Assembly: GCF_902652985.1 (NCBI RefSeq) | Contig: NC_047030.1 | Coordinates: 5,828,001 to 5,892,000, forward strand | Length of the DNA: 64,000 nt | Source: Pecten maximus | Lineage: Eukaryota | Reading direction: 5' to 3' | Part shown: positions 12,023 to 24,319 of the stretch, one piece after another | Layout of the letters: every line of letters begins with the position of its first letter | How positions within the stretch are numbered: position 1 is the stretch's first letter | The notes under the pieces: model-generated | Told to the model about the DNA's origin: nothing | The model's database searches: none | The model's input: only the letters and a program-made list of their open reading frames with translations | Position numbers and translations under genes: made by a program

Positions 12023-13561
12023 GGTTTTAAAATGTGGTTGTGATAAACTGTAACTAACACTATGGATGTTTGAATTCTACGAAAAACTGTGATGTCTTTC
12101 GTTCGACGGAGTTTGGTACGATTGGATTCATACAACTCGTCAAATCCTGTAGTGCTATCGAGAGCACGAAAACTGTGTGTTTTAAGTCCGTTACTCTTAA
12201 TTTACAAAGGAACGGCATATATTCGGAAACTTTGTTCGGAAATGGATTTTAACCCTAGAAGTGCTTGCCTCGAGCTTGTGGATTTATCTCCGCTACCCAC
12301 ATCATATAGTTGTGTGTTTCACAAAGAAATGTTGAGTAATGGAACGTTTTGAATGTGTGTTTAGCAGTTGTGTTCTCTATTATATTGAAGTTGTAATGAG
12401 ATATCTATTTACTCGGAATATGATGCAGGACATAGGTCTGGGATTTTCGGAGGATATTTACCCTCGGGAAGCTGAGGATTTTTCTAGTGGTTTCCGAGTT
12501 ACTATGGAAGTTAACTCATTGTGTTTTCTCGCGTTGATAGTGCCTAACGGAGAAGTATTTAGGAAATTAAAAGTGAATATTTTCGCTATTTGGAAGTTAA
12601 AATCCGACAATTTTCCGGGATTATATACAGGATATATACAGGACATGTATAGGACATTTTATCCAATGAACCGTGAGTACATTTAAAAATCATCGAAATA
12701 TTGTCGAATAACGGTTATAAAAGCTATGACGGTGTCAAAGAACTTTCGGATTGCTAAATAACATAATTAAGCATTTTAGACACATGTTTTTGACCTTTTA
12801 GGAAACTATGATCGTTCAAAGATTGTGACAACTCTCGGACTAAGTAGTAAAATGAGCAGGAACTTGATCAGTGTATCGTGTGTCAGTCCTAGATTCGGGA
12901 AGGTTCAAATCAGGGAATAACCAAGGTCAAGTATCGCCAATTTCTGGACCTAAAACAGTAAGGTTGATGGGGTCGACCATACGGGGAAAGCGAACGGTGG
13001 TGCTAAAACAGACATTGGGAGAAAGTGGAAAAGTTTAAAATCTTCCGCGCAAAGTCGCAGACAGGAAGATGTAAAAGCTAAATTCGTGATGTTCGAAGCA
13101 ACGCGGATAGAAAGTTGATAGCAAAATAGCCGTTAACTTAATTGGAAATTAGACATTTTTTCCTGACTTAGCTGTTACAGATATGGACATAATTTTAGCA
13201 TAGATTTATAGTGCAATATTTAATCTAGTGGCAGAATTTTGTTTTGACACCATTTCCATGTTTGTTTGTGAGGCAGGACACGGGGAGTTATAAGGCTTGA
13301 GTAGTAATATTTTGTGATTTTCCGGATTTTCCTACAATATAGTAGGGTGGTTACACTTAAATATCAATATCTTTCTTAAATGCCGGTCATGGGGTACTTT
13401 CCAGCTCACTGTATGATCAGTTTGAACAGTTCTACACGTGATGTGAAAACCAGATTTTTTGCAAAATTCTGAAATATTTTAATTACGATTTTTCTTTGGT
13501 AAAACAAATAGGGAAATTAATTGTGGTCTAAGCCTGCATATACAGTGAACTGCCCCGCTAT

Positions 13562-13631
13562 CAGTCTCTCCCAGAGTGCATTGCGGTAACCCTTCATAAA
13601 GGGGAATGGCAATGCACCCTGGGACAGATTG
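13562..13631. repeat. 70-bp hairpin, probable old mini-MITE
   Basis: TCTCTCCCAGAGTGCATTGC pairs with GCAATGCACCCTGGGACAGA. No TSD visible. Confidence 0.6.
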
Positions 13632-15099
13632 CCATTAGTGTTTTGCGACCCAACAGACATTTATTTAGGAGCTAATGGAAACTACGATACTTTGTAACTG
13701 TAAATAATGAACGATTGCATGGTACAATAATCCGAGTATGATTTTAGTAAATGTATGTATAAAAATCAATGTTACGACATTCCAAGTATGGTTTTGTGAT
13801 TGTAAATATTCTCCACAATCATGTTTATGCCTGGAAATGTGATGGAACTATCGCAAGTTACAATATTCACATATTATATATCTATGTATCAAAATTAACT
13901 ATAATTTAATCTGATTAACATTTCAAAATTTCCAAAAATATTCATTTATCTCTACGTTGACATAGCTTAGACTTAAATAAAATTGAAATAAATTGAAGAC
14001 GCCAAACCGAGGTGAACATGACTCAAAAGCGTAAAAGTTAAAATTGCGCATTTTTCACCCCGGTTTTTTTGCATCATTTAGCTATTTGTATATCGAGTTT
14101 TCGTCTTTTTAGCCTTCTTGTCTGGCATCTTTTCGCGGGCAACATAGATACATGTATATATTTGTTTCATTACCAAAGGATTGAAAGGTTATTAGCGTTG
14201 ATTTTGTATTTGGAAATACATATGTATATCTTTAAAACAGAACAATGTTTAGTATACAAAATTGTAACAAAATTCAGAGATAAACTGTATCTATACAGAA
14301 GAGATACCGATATACATTTCTTGGCGAAACTGATATATTTTTATTGAATAAACATATTTTTCTAACTGAAAGAAATATTTCAATAGATTGCATATGGAAT
14401 ATGTCTATTTCACATAAGATTTCAAGATGAATCTTTGTTGTATAAATGTATTTATAGATGTCCATGTATTTATAATGTAGTTGACAACATTCGATAAAAT
14501 AAATCTGCGCTGTTAAATCTGTCGTGTGTATGTGTTGTTTATGACGAAACCTGGAACTTAGTATTTTAGTGCTCAGAATACACAAAACAAATTGATATAT
14601 GACTATTTTTCTCCCGATCAGTAAACACACAAAAAAGAACATATAAACACGTATTTTGAGAAAGACATCAATACTTTCGGGAAAAAGCCTTGAACAAAAT
14701 TGAACAAAGCAAGTAGATGTTGTGTATCAGATTATAGAAGTTCCAATAAAGTATTTTCCGAGACATCGTAATAGCAAATATCAACCGTCAAAATCCAAGA
14801 TGGCTGTCTCTCCGCCATTTTGTTTAAACAATCGGTCTCGTAACACCCATAAGTTGAGAGACCAAGAGTGGTCAATGTATGAATTCTGAGAACTTCTCTA
14901 CAAATAAAGATAACATGAAAATGAGCATTTTGACAGTTCACCATCTGATGACTTGGGATAACAATGGGCCCAGAGGGCCTGTACCGCTCACCTTGTTTTA
15001 TTTGACCAAACATAAACATAATGTTTATGTTCTATTTGTTAATAGCTTTACTTGGTGATCTTGAACAATGCTACACGTGGTTATGACGTGAGGATCACA

Positions 15100-16050
15100 A
15101 CAAGAGATCCTAGAGGGATCTTCGCGCTCACCATTTAATGATCTCTATAGGTTCCATGTCGGATTGATCTCTCTATTTTTCCCTTTCTCTTACTAATACC
15201 GTATTTGACCTAAAACATCCCTGCAGTACTTTTCAAACAAGGGGAACCTATATATGAAATTGGAAATTTAGCGATTAATGACTGTCTGTTGGCGATGTTG
15301 CTTTCAGATTCGTCCCAAAATGAAATACGAGGCACCAAGGGGAACCGATATATGAAATTTGAGAAAGATACCTTCAGTGCTTTCTGAACAATAGCGATAA
15401 CAAACTTCAATTGTCAAAATACAAGATGGCTGCCTGTCGGCCATCTTATTTCCGATTGGTCTCAAAAATGCAATATGCATAACAAGGTACCAGGGGGGAC
15501 CTACTTTTGAAATTTGAGAAAGATCCCTTCAGTTATGTTTGAGAAATGTCAATAACAAGCTTCAATTGTCAAAGTCAAAGATGGCTACCTGTCAGCCATG
15601 TTTTTCCAATCGGTCCCAAAATGGGATATGCACAACTAGGGACAAATGGGAACATGCATGTAAAATTTGAGAAAGATCCCCCAAGCACTTTCTAAGCTTT
15701 AGCGAAAACAAACTTCAAATGTCAAAGTCCATGATGGACACCTGTCGGACGTTCTTTTCTGATCGCTAGCGACCACGGGAAACCTGCATGTGAAATTTGA
15801 GAAAGACCCCTTAAGTGCTTTTTGAGATTTAGCAATAACAAACTTGTCGTCAACAAGTCAAAAGCCAAAAGCCAAGATGAACGTCTGTCCGCCATTTTGT
15901 TTTCCGATCGCTAATTAAATCGAATATATAAGGACCAAGGTGAAAGTGCATGTGAAATTTTGTAATGATCCCTTCAGTACTTTTTTGGAAATAGTGATAC
16001 CACGGATTCAAGGCGATGTGAATAGCCCACCATCTGATGATGTTGGGCTA
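15100..16050 (+). mobile_element. Non-autonomous Helentron-associated (HINE-like) element with central ~150-bp tandem repeats
   Basis: Starts ACAAGAG...GCGCTCACCA. The core has about 4-5 diverged ~150-bp units (AAATTTGAGAAAGATCCC...AAACTTCAATTGTCAAA..CAAGATGGC). It ends in the stem-loop AGCCCACCATC/GATGTTGGGCT (16024-16049) followed by an A-run. Related fragments lie at ~14740-14995 and ~25200-25590. Confidence 0.65.
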
Positions 16051-16441
16051 AAAGAAAAAACAAAAACTCAACACAAGTTAACATAACAATCATTAACAAT
16101 TTATTTAACAATATTTCAGTTTGAGCACTTGTGGTTTTTAGATGCACCTTATACTTTAGGTTACATGTGTACATGTATAAATTGTGTCCAGATAGGTATA
16201 CAAGACAATTGTACATGAGTACAAGACCCACAGTTCCATACATGTAGCTGTGTGTATACACATGTATACATATAAACTTTTTTTTTCATTTGGAGTATAA
16301 TTAAAGGCAAGTATTAAAATAAACACTTATCCAGTATACATTATGTATTGTGTCTTGTCTTGTGCAAAATGTGTTTGACATTCTATGTGATGCTTTTGGC
16401 TCTTCCATTTTTATTTTCCATTTTATACTATATGTTATCAT

Positions 16442-18862
16442 CTACAGATTTTCAAGTAAGCTGTCTCCAATAACATGTGTACTTAGAACTGATGGTAGAC
16501 TATCTTCTATATCAGGTGTCATAGCATGTGGTTGTACTAGTGATAGGCTGTCCCCTGTAATATATGTCTCAAGTTGCTGGTTGTCCCCTATGATATGCGT
16601 ATCTAGGTGAGATGCCACTTGTGGCAACTTATCTCCTATGATATTTATTTCTAGAGGTGATGCCACTGGTTGTTGGTTGTCCCCTATGAAATGTGTCTCT
16701 AAGTGAGATGCCACTTGTGGCAACTTATCTCCTATGATATTTATTTCTAGAGGTGATGCCACTGGTTGCTGGTTGTCCCCTATGATATGTGTCTCTAAGT
16801 GAGATGCCACTTGTGGCAACTTATCTCCTATGATATGTGTTTCTAGAAGAGATGCCATTGGTGGGTGGCTTTCCCTTATATGGGTTTCTAGATGTGATGC
16901 CACTGGTTGCTCGATATCCTCTATGATATGTGTTTCAAGGTGTGTTGCCACTGGTTGCTGACTTTCCCCTATGATAGGTGTCTTTAGATGCGATTCTACA
17001 GGAGGGTGGCTATCATCAATGGTATCCGTCTCAAAGTGTGATGCAACCAATGGCTGATCATGACCATCTCCTGTAATATGCACCTCGAGGTGGGGAGCCA
17101 CTGATGAATGGCTGTCATCTATATCATATTCCATGTCTCCTGTAACCTGTCTCTCATTATGAATTTTGCAGGATTTTTCGAACGTCTCAAAATATGTGAG
17201 TAAACTCTCTACTGTATATGTGATATGTGTATCAAGTGTTGGTGGTAAGCTGTCCCCTTCATCATGTGTCTCAATGGGTGGTGAAACTAGCTGAATGCTT
17301 TCACCAGTAAAGAGCGTTTTAATGTTTGTTGTCACAGGTGACTGACTGTCCTCTATAAATATAAGTGTCTCCAGATGTGGTGCCAGTAGTGTTCGACTGT
17401 TATCTGTTGTGCGTGTCTCAAAGTGAGGTGCCATCAATCGAATGTTTTTCCCAGTAATATGTGTCTCCACTAGTGTCTTGCTATCTCCTGAACCTTGTGT
17501 CATGTTTTCAGTCACATAGGTTATTTCCTTGGTTTTATGTGTCTTTTCTTCTGTATCTTGTATCTTATGTATGAGAAAGCTTTCTACTGAGACAGGCATC
17601 TCGGTTTGTGTTTGTGGACGGTCTTCTGAAACATGTGTCTCGAAGTGAGATGATACACTGTCTTCTGTAACATGTGTCTCGAAGTGAGATGATACACTGT
17701 CTTCTGTAACATGTGTCTCGAAGTGAGACGATACACTGTCTTCTGTAACATGTGTCTCAAGTTGCGTCTGTAGACCATTCTCTGTAACATGTGTCTGGAG
17801 ATGTGTCAGTAGACCGTCACTTGTAACTGGTGACTCGAGTTGTATTTGTGGGCTGTCTCCTGTAACATGCGTCTTGCGTGGAGTTTGTAGGTTATCTCCT
17901 GTAACATGCGTCTTGCGTGGAGTTTGTAGGTTATCTCCTGTAACATGCGTCTTGAGTTGTGTTGGTAAACTGTCTCCTGTAACAGTTGTCTCTATGTGTG
18001 TTGGTAGGCTTTGCCTTATATTATGTATGTTAAGGTGTAACTCTAAGCTTTCATGTTTTTTAAATCTTTTACCGCAGATTTCACACTTGATTATTTCTGA
18101 TGGCTGGTATGTATACATCTTGGATATATTTCTTGTATGTGTTCTAGAATGTACCTGTAGATATCTTGATAGACTAAACTTATCCCCACAGATTTCACAC
18201 TTGAACGGTTTTTCTCCAACATGCACTTTGAGGTGTTCTTTGAGTTTGTCTGCACCAGTAAAAGTTTTCTTGCAAACTTCACAAATTTTCTTCTCCAAAT
18301 GTGTCTTGCTATGTCTCTTGAGACTTTGTGCCATTCCATATTCTTTTCCACAGATGTCACACTTGAATGACTTCACTCCTGAATGTAAGCCAACATGTGC
18401 CTTCAAGCTAAGTGCACAATTCAATGACTTACCACAAATCTCACATTTGTACAACTTTTCCCCAGTATGAATTCTTTTATGGATAATAAGATTCCTTGCC
18501 ATAGTATATTTCTTTCCACAAACATCACACTTGTGTAGCTTCTCCCCTGTATGTGACCTTGAATGCCTGTGTAGGTCGGTAGATCTAGCATACATCTTGC
18601 CACAGATATCGCATTTGAATGGTTTCTCGCCTGTATGTGTCCGTAGATGTGGCGTCATGTAGCTGGCTTGTTTAAATGCCATTCCACAAATGTGACATTT
18701 GAACGGCTTTTCTCCTGTATGTGTTCTAGCATGATCGTGTAGGTCATTTGTACGACTGAACAACTTCCCACATATATCACACTTATATGCCTTCTTGCCT
18801 TTATCTGTCCTAACATAATCCAGCATAGACGAATGTTTTAAATGAAGAACTACCGGCTTCAT
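16442..18862 (-). CDS. C2H2 zinc-finger protein, 806 aa: 9 N-terminal fingers plus a ~520-aa acidic His/Thr-rich repeat tail
   Basis: Uninterrupted ORF with nine CxxC-x12-HxxxH fingers, mostly TGEK-linked (~18022-18787). Candidate upstream acceptors lie at 19140 and ~18927, and AATAAA is on the minus strand at ~16100. Confidence 0.92.
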   Translation of the reverse strand: MKPVVLHLKHSSMLDYVRTDKGKKAYKCDICGKLFSRTNDLHDHARTHTGEKPFKCHICGMAFKQASYMTPHLRTHTGEKPFKCDICGKMYARSTDLHRHSRSHTGEKLHKCDVCGKKYTMARNLIIHKRIHTGEKLYKCEICGKSLNCALSLKAHVGLHSGVKSFKCDICGKEYGMAQSLKRHSKTHLEKKICEVCKKTFTGADKLKEHLKVHVGEKPFKCEICGDKFSLSRYLQVHSRTHTRNISKMYTYQPSEIIKCEICGKRFKKHESLELHLNIHNIRQSLPTHIETTVTGDSLPTQLKTHVTGDNLQTPRKTHVTGDNLQTPRKTHVTGDSPQIQLESPVTSDGLLTHLQTHVTENGLQTQLETHVTEDSVSSHFETHVTEDSVSSHFETHVTEDSVSSHFETHVSEDRPQTQTEMPVSVESFLIHKIQDTEEKTHKTKEITYVTENMTQGSGDSKTLVETHITGKNIRLMAPHFETRTTDNSRTLLAPHLETLIFIEDSQSPVTTNIKTLFTGESIQLVSPPIETHDEGDSLPPTLDTHITYTVESLLTYFETFEKSCKIHNERQVTGDMEYDIDDSHSSVAPHLEVHITGDGHDQPLVASHFETDTIDDSHPPVESHLKTPIIGESQQPVATHLETHIIEDIEQPVASHLETHIRESHPPMASLLETHIIGDKLPQVASHLETHIIGDNQQPVASPLEINIIGDKLPQVASHLETHFIGDNQQPVASPLEINIIGDKLPQVASHLDTHIIGDNQQLETYITGDSLSLVQPHAMTPDIEDSLPSVLSTHVIGDSLLENL

Positions 18863-19599
18863 TGTAAAAAATATTCTTGATAAAGTTTCTCTTTAAACTG
18901 AATGATGCCAAATATCTTCAAAATCCCTGCAGGATGTGAAGAAATTTTATAGAAGTGTTTTCCAGTCTCAAATTAAATTTCTTGCCACTTTATTATGTAT
19001 GTCTTCTGATAGATAGCTCACATTTGATCTCATCAATACCAAAGATTTCAATTTCATTCCCTTTGAAGAAGTCAAGATCATCTTTACATCAACTAAGGAA
19101 ATCTGTTTCTGTAGTGCAACATTTCTGTCAAAGCCATACCTGAAACACAAATAAGAAACACTTATATTACAAAATCAACTTATTATGTTCACAAATTAAT
19201 GGCAGAATATTACAACCTACTGGTAAGTGACCTAGACCTACATTCAAGGTCACAGAGGTGATATATATGTTAAACTACTTAAATAACTTCTCACTAACAA
19301 CAAAGCCTATAGCCTAAGGCCATGATACTGGGCCTATAGCATGATTGCTAGTTTAATTATGTAGGTTGAAACTCATTTAAGAGGATCAACTGGTGTCAGT
19401 TAGAAAATAAACATCTTACCAGTTAATTAGGCTAATGAGAATTTCCTCTTATCCTAGTGGTAAGATTTTCACTTAAGTACAGAAATGTGGCTAGTAGCAG
19501 TCCAAGTGATATTTTTCATGGTTTCATCTCCCAGATTGGTGCTGTTGTTCACTGTTGTACATGATAAACATAAACTATTTGACCACAAAATGCAAAGTG

Positions 19600-20525
19600 G
19601 GTCATTTTACCCTAACTGGCTGTACATGTGTTACTACATATAGATCTGACTATTGGTCATTCTACCCTAACTAGCTGTATTACTCCCTGTAGATCTAACT
19701 ATTGGCCATTCTACCCTAACTAGCTGTCTTACTCCATGTAGATCTGACTATTGGCCATTCTACGCTAACTAGCTGTCTTACTCCATGTAGATCTGACTAG
19801 CTGTCTTACTCCCTGTAGATCTAACTATTGGTCATTCTACCCTAACTAGCTGTCTTACTACATGTATATATGACTATTGGTCATTCTACCCTAACTAGTT
19901 GTCTTACTCCCTGTAGATCTGACTATTGGTCATTCTACCCTAACTAGCGGTCTTACTACATGTAGATCTGACTATTGGTCATTCAACCCTAACTAGCTGT
20001 CTTACTACATGTAGATCGGACTATTGGTCATTCTACCCTAACTGGCTGTACATGTGTTACTACATGTAGATATGACTATTGGTCATTCTACCCTAACTAG
20101 CGGTCTTACTACATGTAGATCTGACTATTGGTCATTCTACCCTAACTAGCTGTCTTACTACATGTATATATGACTATTGGTCATTCTACCCTAACTAGTT
20201 GTCTTACTCCCTGTAGATCTGACTATTGGTCATTCTACCCTAACTAGTTGTCTTACTCCCTGTAGATCTGACTATTGGTCATTCTACCCTAACTAGCTGT
20301 CTTACTACATGTAGATCTGACTATTGGTCATTCAACCCTAACTAGCTGTCTTACTACATGTAGATCGGACTATTGGTCATTCTACCCTAACTGGCTGTAC
20401 ATGTGTTACTACATGTAGATATGACTATTGGTCATTCTACCCTAACTAGCGGTCTTACTACATGTAGATCTGACTATTGGTCATTCTACCCTAACTAGCT
20501 GTTTTGTTACAATACATGTAGATCT
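19600..20525. repeat. Minisatellite, 49-bp unit with periodic 54-bp variants, ~18 copies
   Basis: Unit GATCTGACTATTGGTCATTCTACCCTAACTAGCTGTCTTACTACATGTA. Confidence 0.95.
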
Positions 20526-20925
20526 TAACACCAAACGTTGGTAACATGTTAGACCATTGTAGAAAAGATGCATGACTGACCATGCTCTATAAAATTATGC
20601 CATAGCAAAGTTGCCATACACCTAGTTGGCCGCGACACCATGGATGTCCTGGTGTAGTGCCAGAGAGCACTACTATATTAAAACCATCAACCCTTAAAAA
20701 TCTGGTTCCCACATTAAGATCATCAAGACATGCATACACTCCTCAAAATTATTTCCAAGCTATCCTATGTAAAACGTCCATGAGGAAATAATCACTTTCC
20801 CCTGACAATCATCAATTGGAACCCATTACCGCCTGAAAATTTCATCAGCAGACACAGTATCCTTTAGAACGAATATTGATACCCTGCCTACACTGCTCTG
20901 CAGGCAGGTGACGACAACTATCTGT

Positions 20926-21043
20926 CACAGGTACTTGGGGTAAGAAATTATATATATTGTATACAATATATAGTATACAATATATATACTATATAGCCTC
21001 GTATTACTATACAATATATAATTTCTTACCCCAAGTACCTGTG
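20926..21043. mobile_element. 118-bp MITE with 29-bp TIRs and 8-bp TSD (P-superfamily-like termini)
   Basis: TIR CACAGGTACTTGGGGTAAGAAATTATATA. Perfect TSD CTATCTGT (20918-20925 and 21044-21051). CANRG ends with an 8-bp TSD fit P elements; hAT is not excluded. Confidence 0.85.
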
Positions 21044-21257
21044 CTATCTGTCAGAAATTGTCCGTAAATTATCTTCTACTTCTACCATATAGTGACAACT
21101 TTCAATCAACCAGTTGAAGATTTTGTCACGTGAGGGGTTTGGTTTTACAAGTGACAGACTATGTTTATACATAATAAATGTATTATCTGCAATCTTATTC
21201 TTCAAATATTTAGTTCTGTTTTCTCCATTTCTGACCACAATCATTTCATATATGATA

Positions 21258-21386
21258 TGTTGTGGAACTGGACTTGGTCGATCATCGGTGACCAGGTAGC
21301 TCAATTGGTAGAGCACCCAGCTAGTGTTCGGAGGTCCCTGGTTCGAACCCCTGTCTGGCCGCTACATTTTCTCCTCTCCTGTTACA
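21258..21386 (+). mobile_element. tRNA-containing mini-LTR (Helenus-like TRIM solo LTR)
   Basis: TGTTG...GTTACA ends enclose a tRNA-like segment with A box TAGCTCAATTGG, B box GGTTCGAACCC and loop CT-AGT. The flanks GATA/GACG are compatible with a CpG-decayed 4-bp TSD. A second copy lies at 40414-40517. Confidence 0.65.
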
Positions 21387-21489
21387 GACGTAGTAAACGT
21401 TAACCTGTTGTAGTCAGTTATTACTAGTAAGTAGAAGTAGAAGTATCAGCTGTCTGTTAGCCAGCCTATCGTAACTGTTAAGTGATGAC

Positions 21490-21537
21490 TAGCCCGAGTT
21501 TCCTCTGGTCCTGAGTCCTGACACCATATCTGGGCTA
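21490..21537. mobile_element. Partial copy of the TAGCCCGAG hairpin MITE seen at 32529
   Basis: TAGCCCGAGTTTCCTCTGG...CTGACACCAT...GGGCTA is shared with 32529-32606. Confidence 0.7.
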
Positions 21538-22542
21538 CATCATCATACATGCAAGTGATGGCGAGATCAGCTGTTAGTTGACATTGCATCAAGTTGTTAA
21601 CATGCTCAACGCCATTGAATATAATCTACCTCTTCATCAATTTCATATTTTCATATACGTTTGACTATCTGAAGCACGTTTTGTGGTTTCGTTACCTTTC
21701 ATATATTGTTTCAACATCCTTAAACATGATTTGTACTTGTTATCATCGTGGTCAACATGCTGTGGACACCATCTTTATTACTACTTGGAACACCTTCGAC
21801 TGATGCGACTCTTGGAATGGAATCATACCGAAAGTTCCGAATGCATTCGCAGGTATCACTAAAGTACTGCACGTAAATGATATGATTATGCGACAACAAG
21901 CGTCTAAAAGCATCGTCAAGAAATATCTATTAGAATTTATCGAATAAAGTAAGAAACATAAAATATGTGATGTTCAAATAAAAACAAGATATACATCCGG
22001 ACAGAAGGACCAAAGAAACTGTTTTTTATAATGGGAGTTTAATTTTATTTTAAAACACTGACTGTACGTACATTATGGAAAATCCCGGAACTTTTTAACA
22101 GGTATATTTGTCATGCATGTCATCATGTGATGGTACTCTGTAGGTATTTTATAATAATTATATTTTTCATGATTTTTTTTTCTTATTTATTTATCTATTT
22201 ATTTGGTGGGGGGGGGGGGGGGGGGGATGATTATGCATTGATTGAAATACATGAATAGGCAATAAATAAGTTATTAATGTGGGTTTTTTTTGTGTAAGTT
22301 TATTCATAAATATATAAAAAGTCCTTACACGCATACATTATTTTCTTCTTTGCTTTTGGATTGTTATCATGTGTCAGTTTGATATTTTTAAGAAGATAGA
22401 ATGTACAGTTTTGATAATGGGACGTCTTCTGACAAAATCTCTCAACAAACAGAAGTCAACGACACTAGAACATTTTAGTGAAGATCGTGATGTGTCAGTC
22501 ATGGTGTGTACGCATAGTACCGTAAAAGGTATAGATTTTATG

Positions 22543-22646
22543 CAATCTAATTAAGACTTGTAATTTCCGCTCTTCTACAACACTCTACGATACACTTCAA
22601 TACAGTGTATTGCAGTGTATCGTAGAGTCTAATTTTAATTAGATTG
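22543..22646. mobile_element. 104-bp hairpin MITE with a perfect 10-bp TSD
   Basis: TIR CAATCTAATTAA/TTAATTAGATTG, inner stem ACTCTACGATACACT/AGTGTATCGTAGAGT, and TSD AGATTTTATG (22533-22542 and 22647-22656). Confidence 0.85.
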
Positions 22647-23077
22647 AGATTTTATGTTTTATCTTAATGTAATGTCTAACTACTATTAGTTGAATGTTTT
22701 TCTTGGTGGTATTGTATAATACTATGAACTGAAGGAATTTCTACTATTACTGAAAATTTTAACACCATGGTTTATATTATTTGACTTTAGATTAGTTACG
22801 ATATAGTTTACATATATGTATTTCACACTTCAGCAGCGTTGATACACGAAATACATGATTTTTTTTGTAATCATATTAATATAATCATATTATAGAAAAA
22901 ATATTGAAACCATGAAATCATAGACAATGACCTGTTTCATCCCAGGGCATTTCGAACCATTTTCTGTAAATAATACTAGAACTTGAACAAAGGGAAGCAA
23001 CTCGTGCTAATTATTACAGCATCTCCGATGGTGGCTACCATAATATGAATGGATGCCTATGAACTAATTGGCACTAG

Positions 23078-23890
23078 TTTTTCGGCATAAGCCCTATAAT
23101 ATTATTTTGGCCCGGATATGACGCGACAGGTGGCGTTACTGGTCAAGATGAAGTATGTGATTGATCAATGTAGCGGTAAATGCAAAACGCAGATATGCAA
23201 TTAAAAACGAAACAAAGTTAAGATATTAAAATGACACATTAATAAAATTATATTCCTGATTCAAATGCAGTCTTATTATCACCAAAAATGATTCAAACTG
23301 ATATAATTCTGTTATCCTTGCTGAAACGCATTAGTTCGTTATTTTTTTTCACCAACAGTTTAACATTATAACCACCAGCATTAAAACTATGGCGTTTATC
23401 TTTTGTACAGATATTTCTTATTACTTTTGAAAACATTAAACCTCTAGGTCTTTTGCTGTGTGTAATGTAGATGAAAATTCCGTCAAACTGTTAGCCAACA
23501 ATTCTTAGTTGTAATCGTATTGGTAGGCAAGCAGTTGTTATATGTAACCTTTGTTTTCGGCATAGCCGTATAATATTCTTTTGGTCCCGGATATGACACG
23601 ACAGGTGGCGTTTCTGGTCAAAATGAAGTATGTGATTGGTCAATGTAGCGGTAAATACAAAATGCAGATATGCAGTTAAAAAACAAAGTTAAGATTGAAT
23701 GCAAGCTGAATTGATAAAATTATGTTCCTGATTCAAATGCAGTCTTATTATCACCAAAAATGATTCAAACTGATATAATTTTGTTATCCGTGCTGAAACG
23801 CATTTAATTTAGTTCGTTAATTTATTTCACCAGTAGTTTTACAATAGCATTAAAACGATGCCTTTTATCTTTTTAAAGATATTTCTTGTT
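23078..23890. repeat. Older direct duplication of ~340 bp (23078-23425 and 23555-23890)
   Basis: Both copies begin TTTTCGGCATA..TATAATATT..CCGGATATGAC.CGACAGGTGGCGTT and align with moderate divergence. Confidence 0.85.
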
Positions 23891-24319
23891 ATTGTTGTAA
23901 CTTACTACTAGCCATAGTATTGTTTGTACTGTATGGATTTGTGTAGCAACGACAATTCTTAGGGTCACGAAACAACTATAAATCATATTCCTGAAGTTTT
24001 TAACCAATCAGCCAACACCCTAGACATGCATTAAAGTGACTGTAAGTTCATGTAATTAGATTATATGCTCATCAAACGGCGATTTCTTTGATAAATAGTG
24101 AAATTGGTTTAAGATACACTGTACAGCGTCACACAAGCATAAACACGTTTTCCCGGTTCTTGTTAGTCATTATAATGAACATAATGAACACCGGGGGTGT
24201 CATATTTACCGAATTTTAATCTAGCCCTCCAAAACGCTAGGGGAGGTCCAAATACATGTAGACTGTAACTAGTTCTCAAGTCCCTGTGCTTTAGAGTACC
24301 CGACTTGTAACATTCCACC

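Noticed and set aside
12070-12686. gag ORF downstream of the PBS
   Set aside because: Only short ORFs without capsid or CCHC signatures; more likely untranslated leader or decayed sequence.
17874-18470. 198-aa antisense ORF (and similar shadow ORFs at 3027, 10121, 27603)
   Set aside because: These are antisense shadows of real coding sequence with no independent motifs.
18863-19139. In-frame N-terminal extension or stop read-through of the 806-aa zinc-finger protein
   Set aside because: The segment is in frame but contains three stops (TGA, TAA, TGA) and no recognisable domain, so it is treated as 5' UTR or intron.
21287-21362. Functional tRNA-Thr gene (also 29424-29512, 40435-40502, 49107-49172)
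   Set aside because: Acceptor and anticodon stems pair poorly and the segments are embedded in dispersed repeats, so they are treated as tRNA-derived elements.
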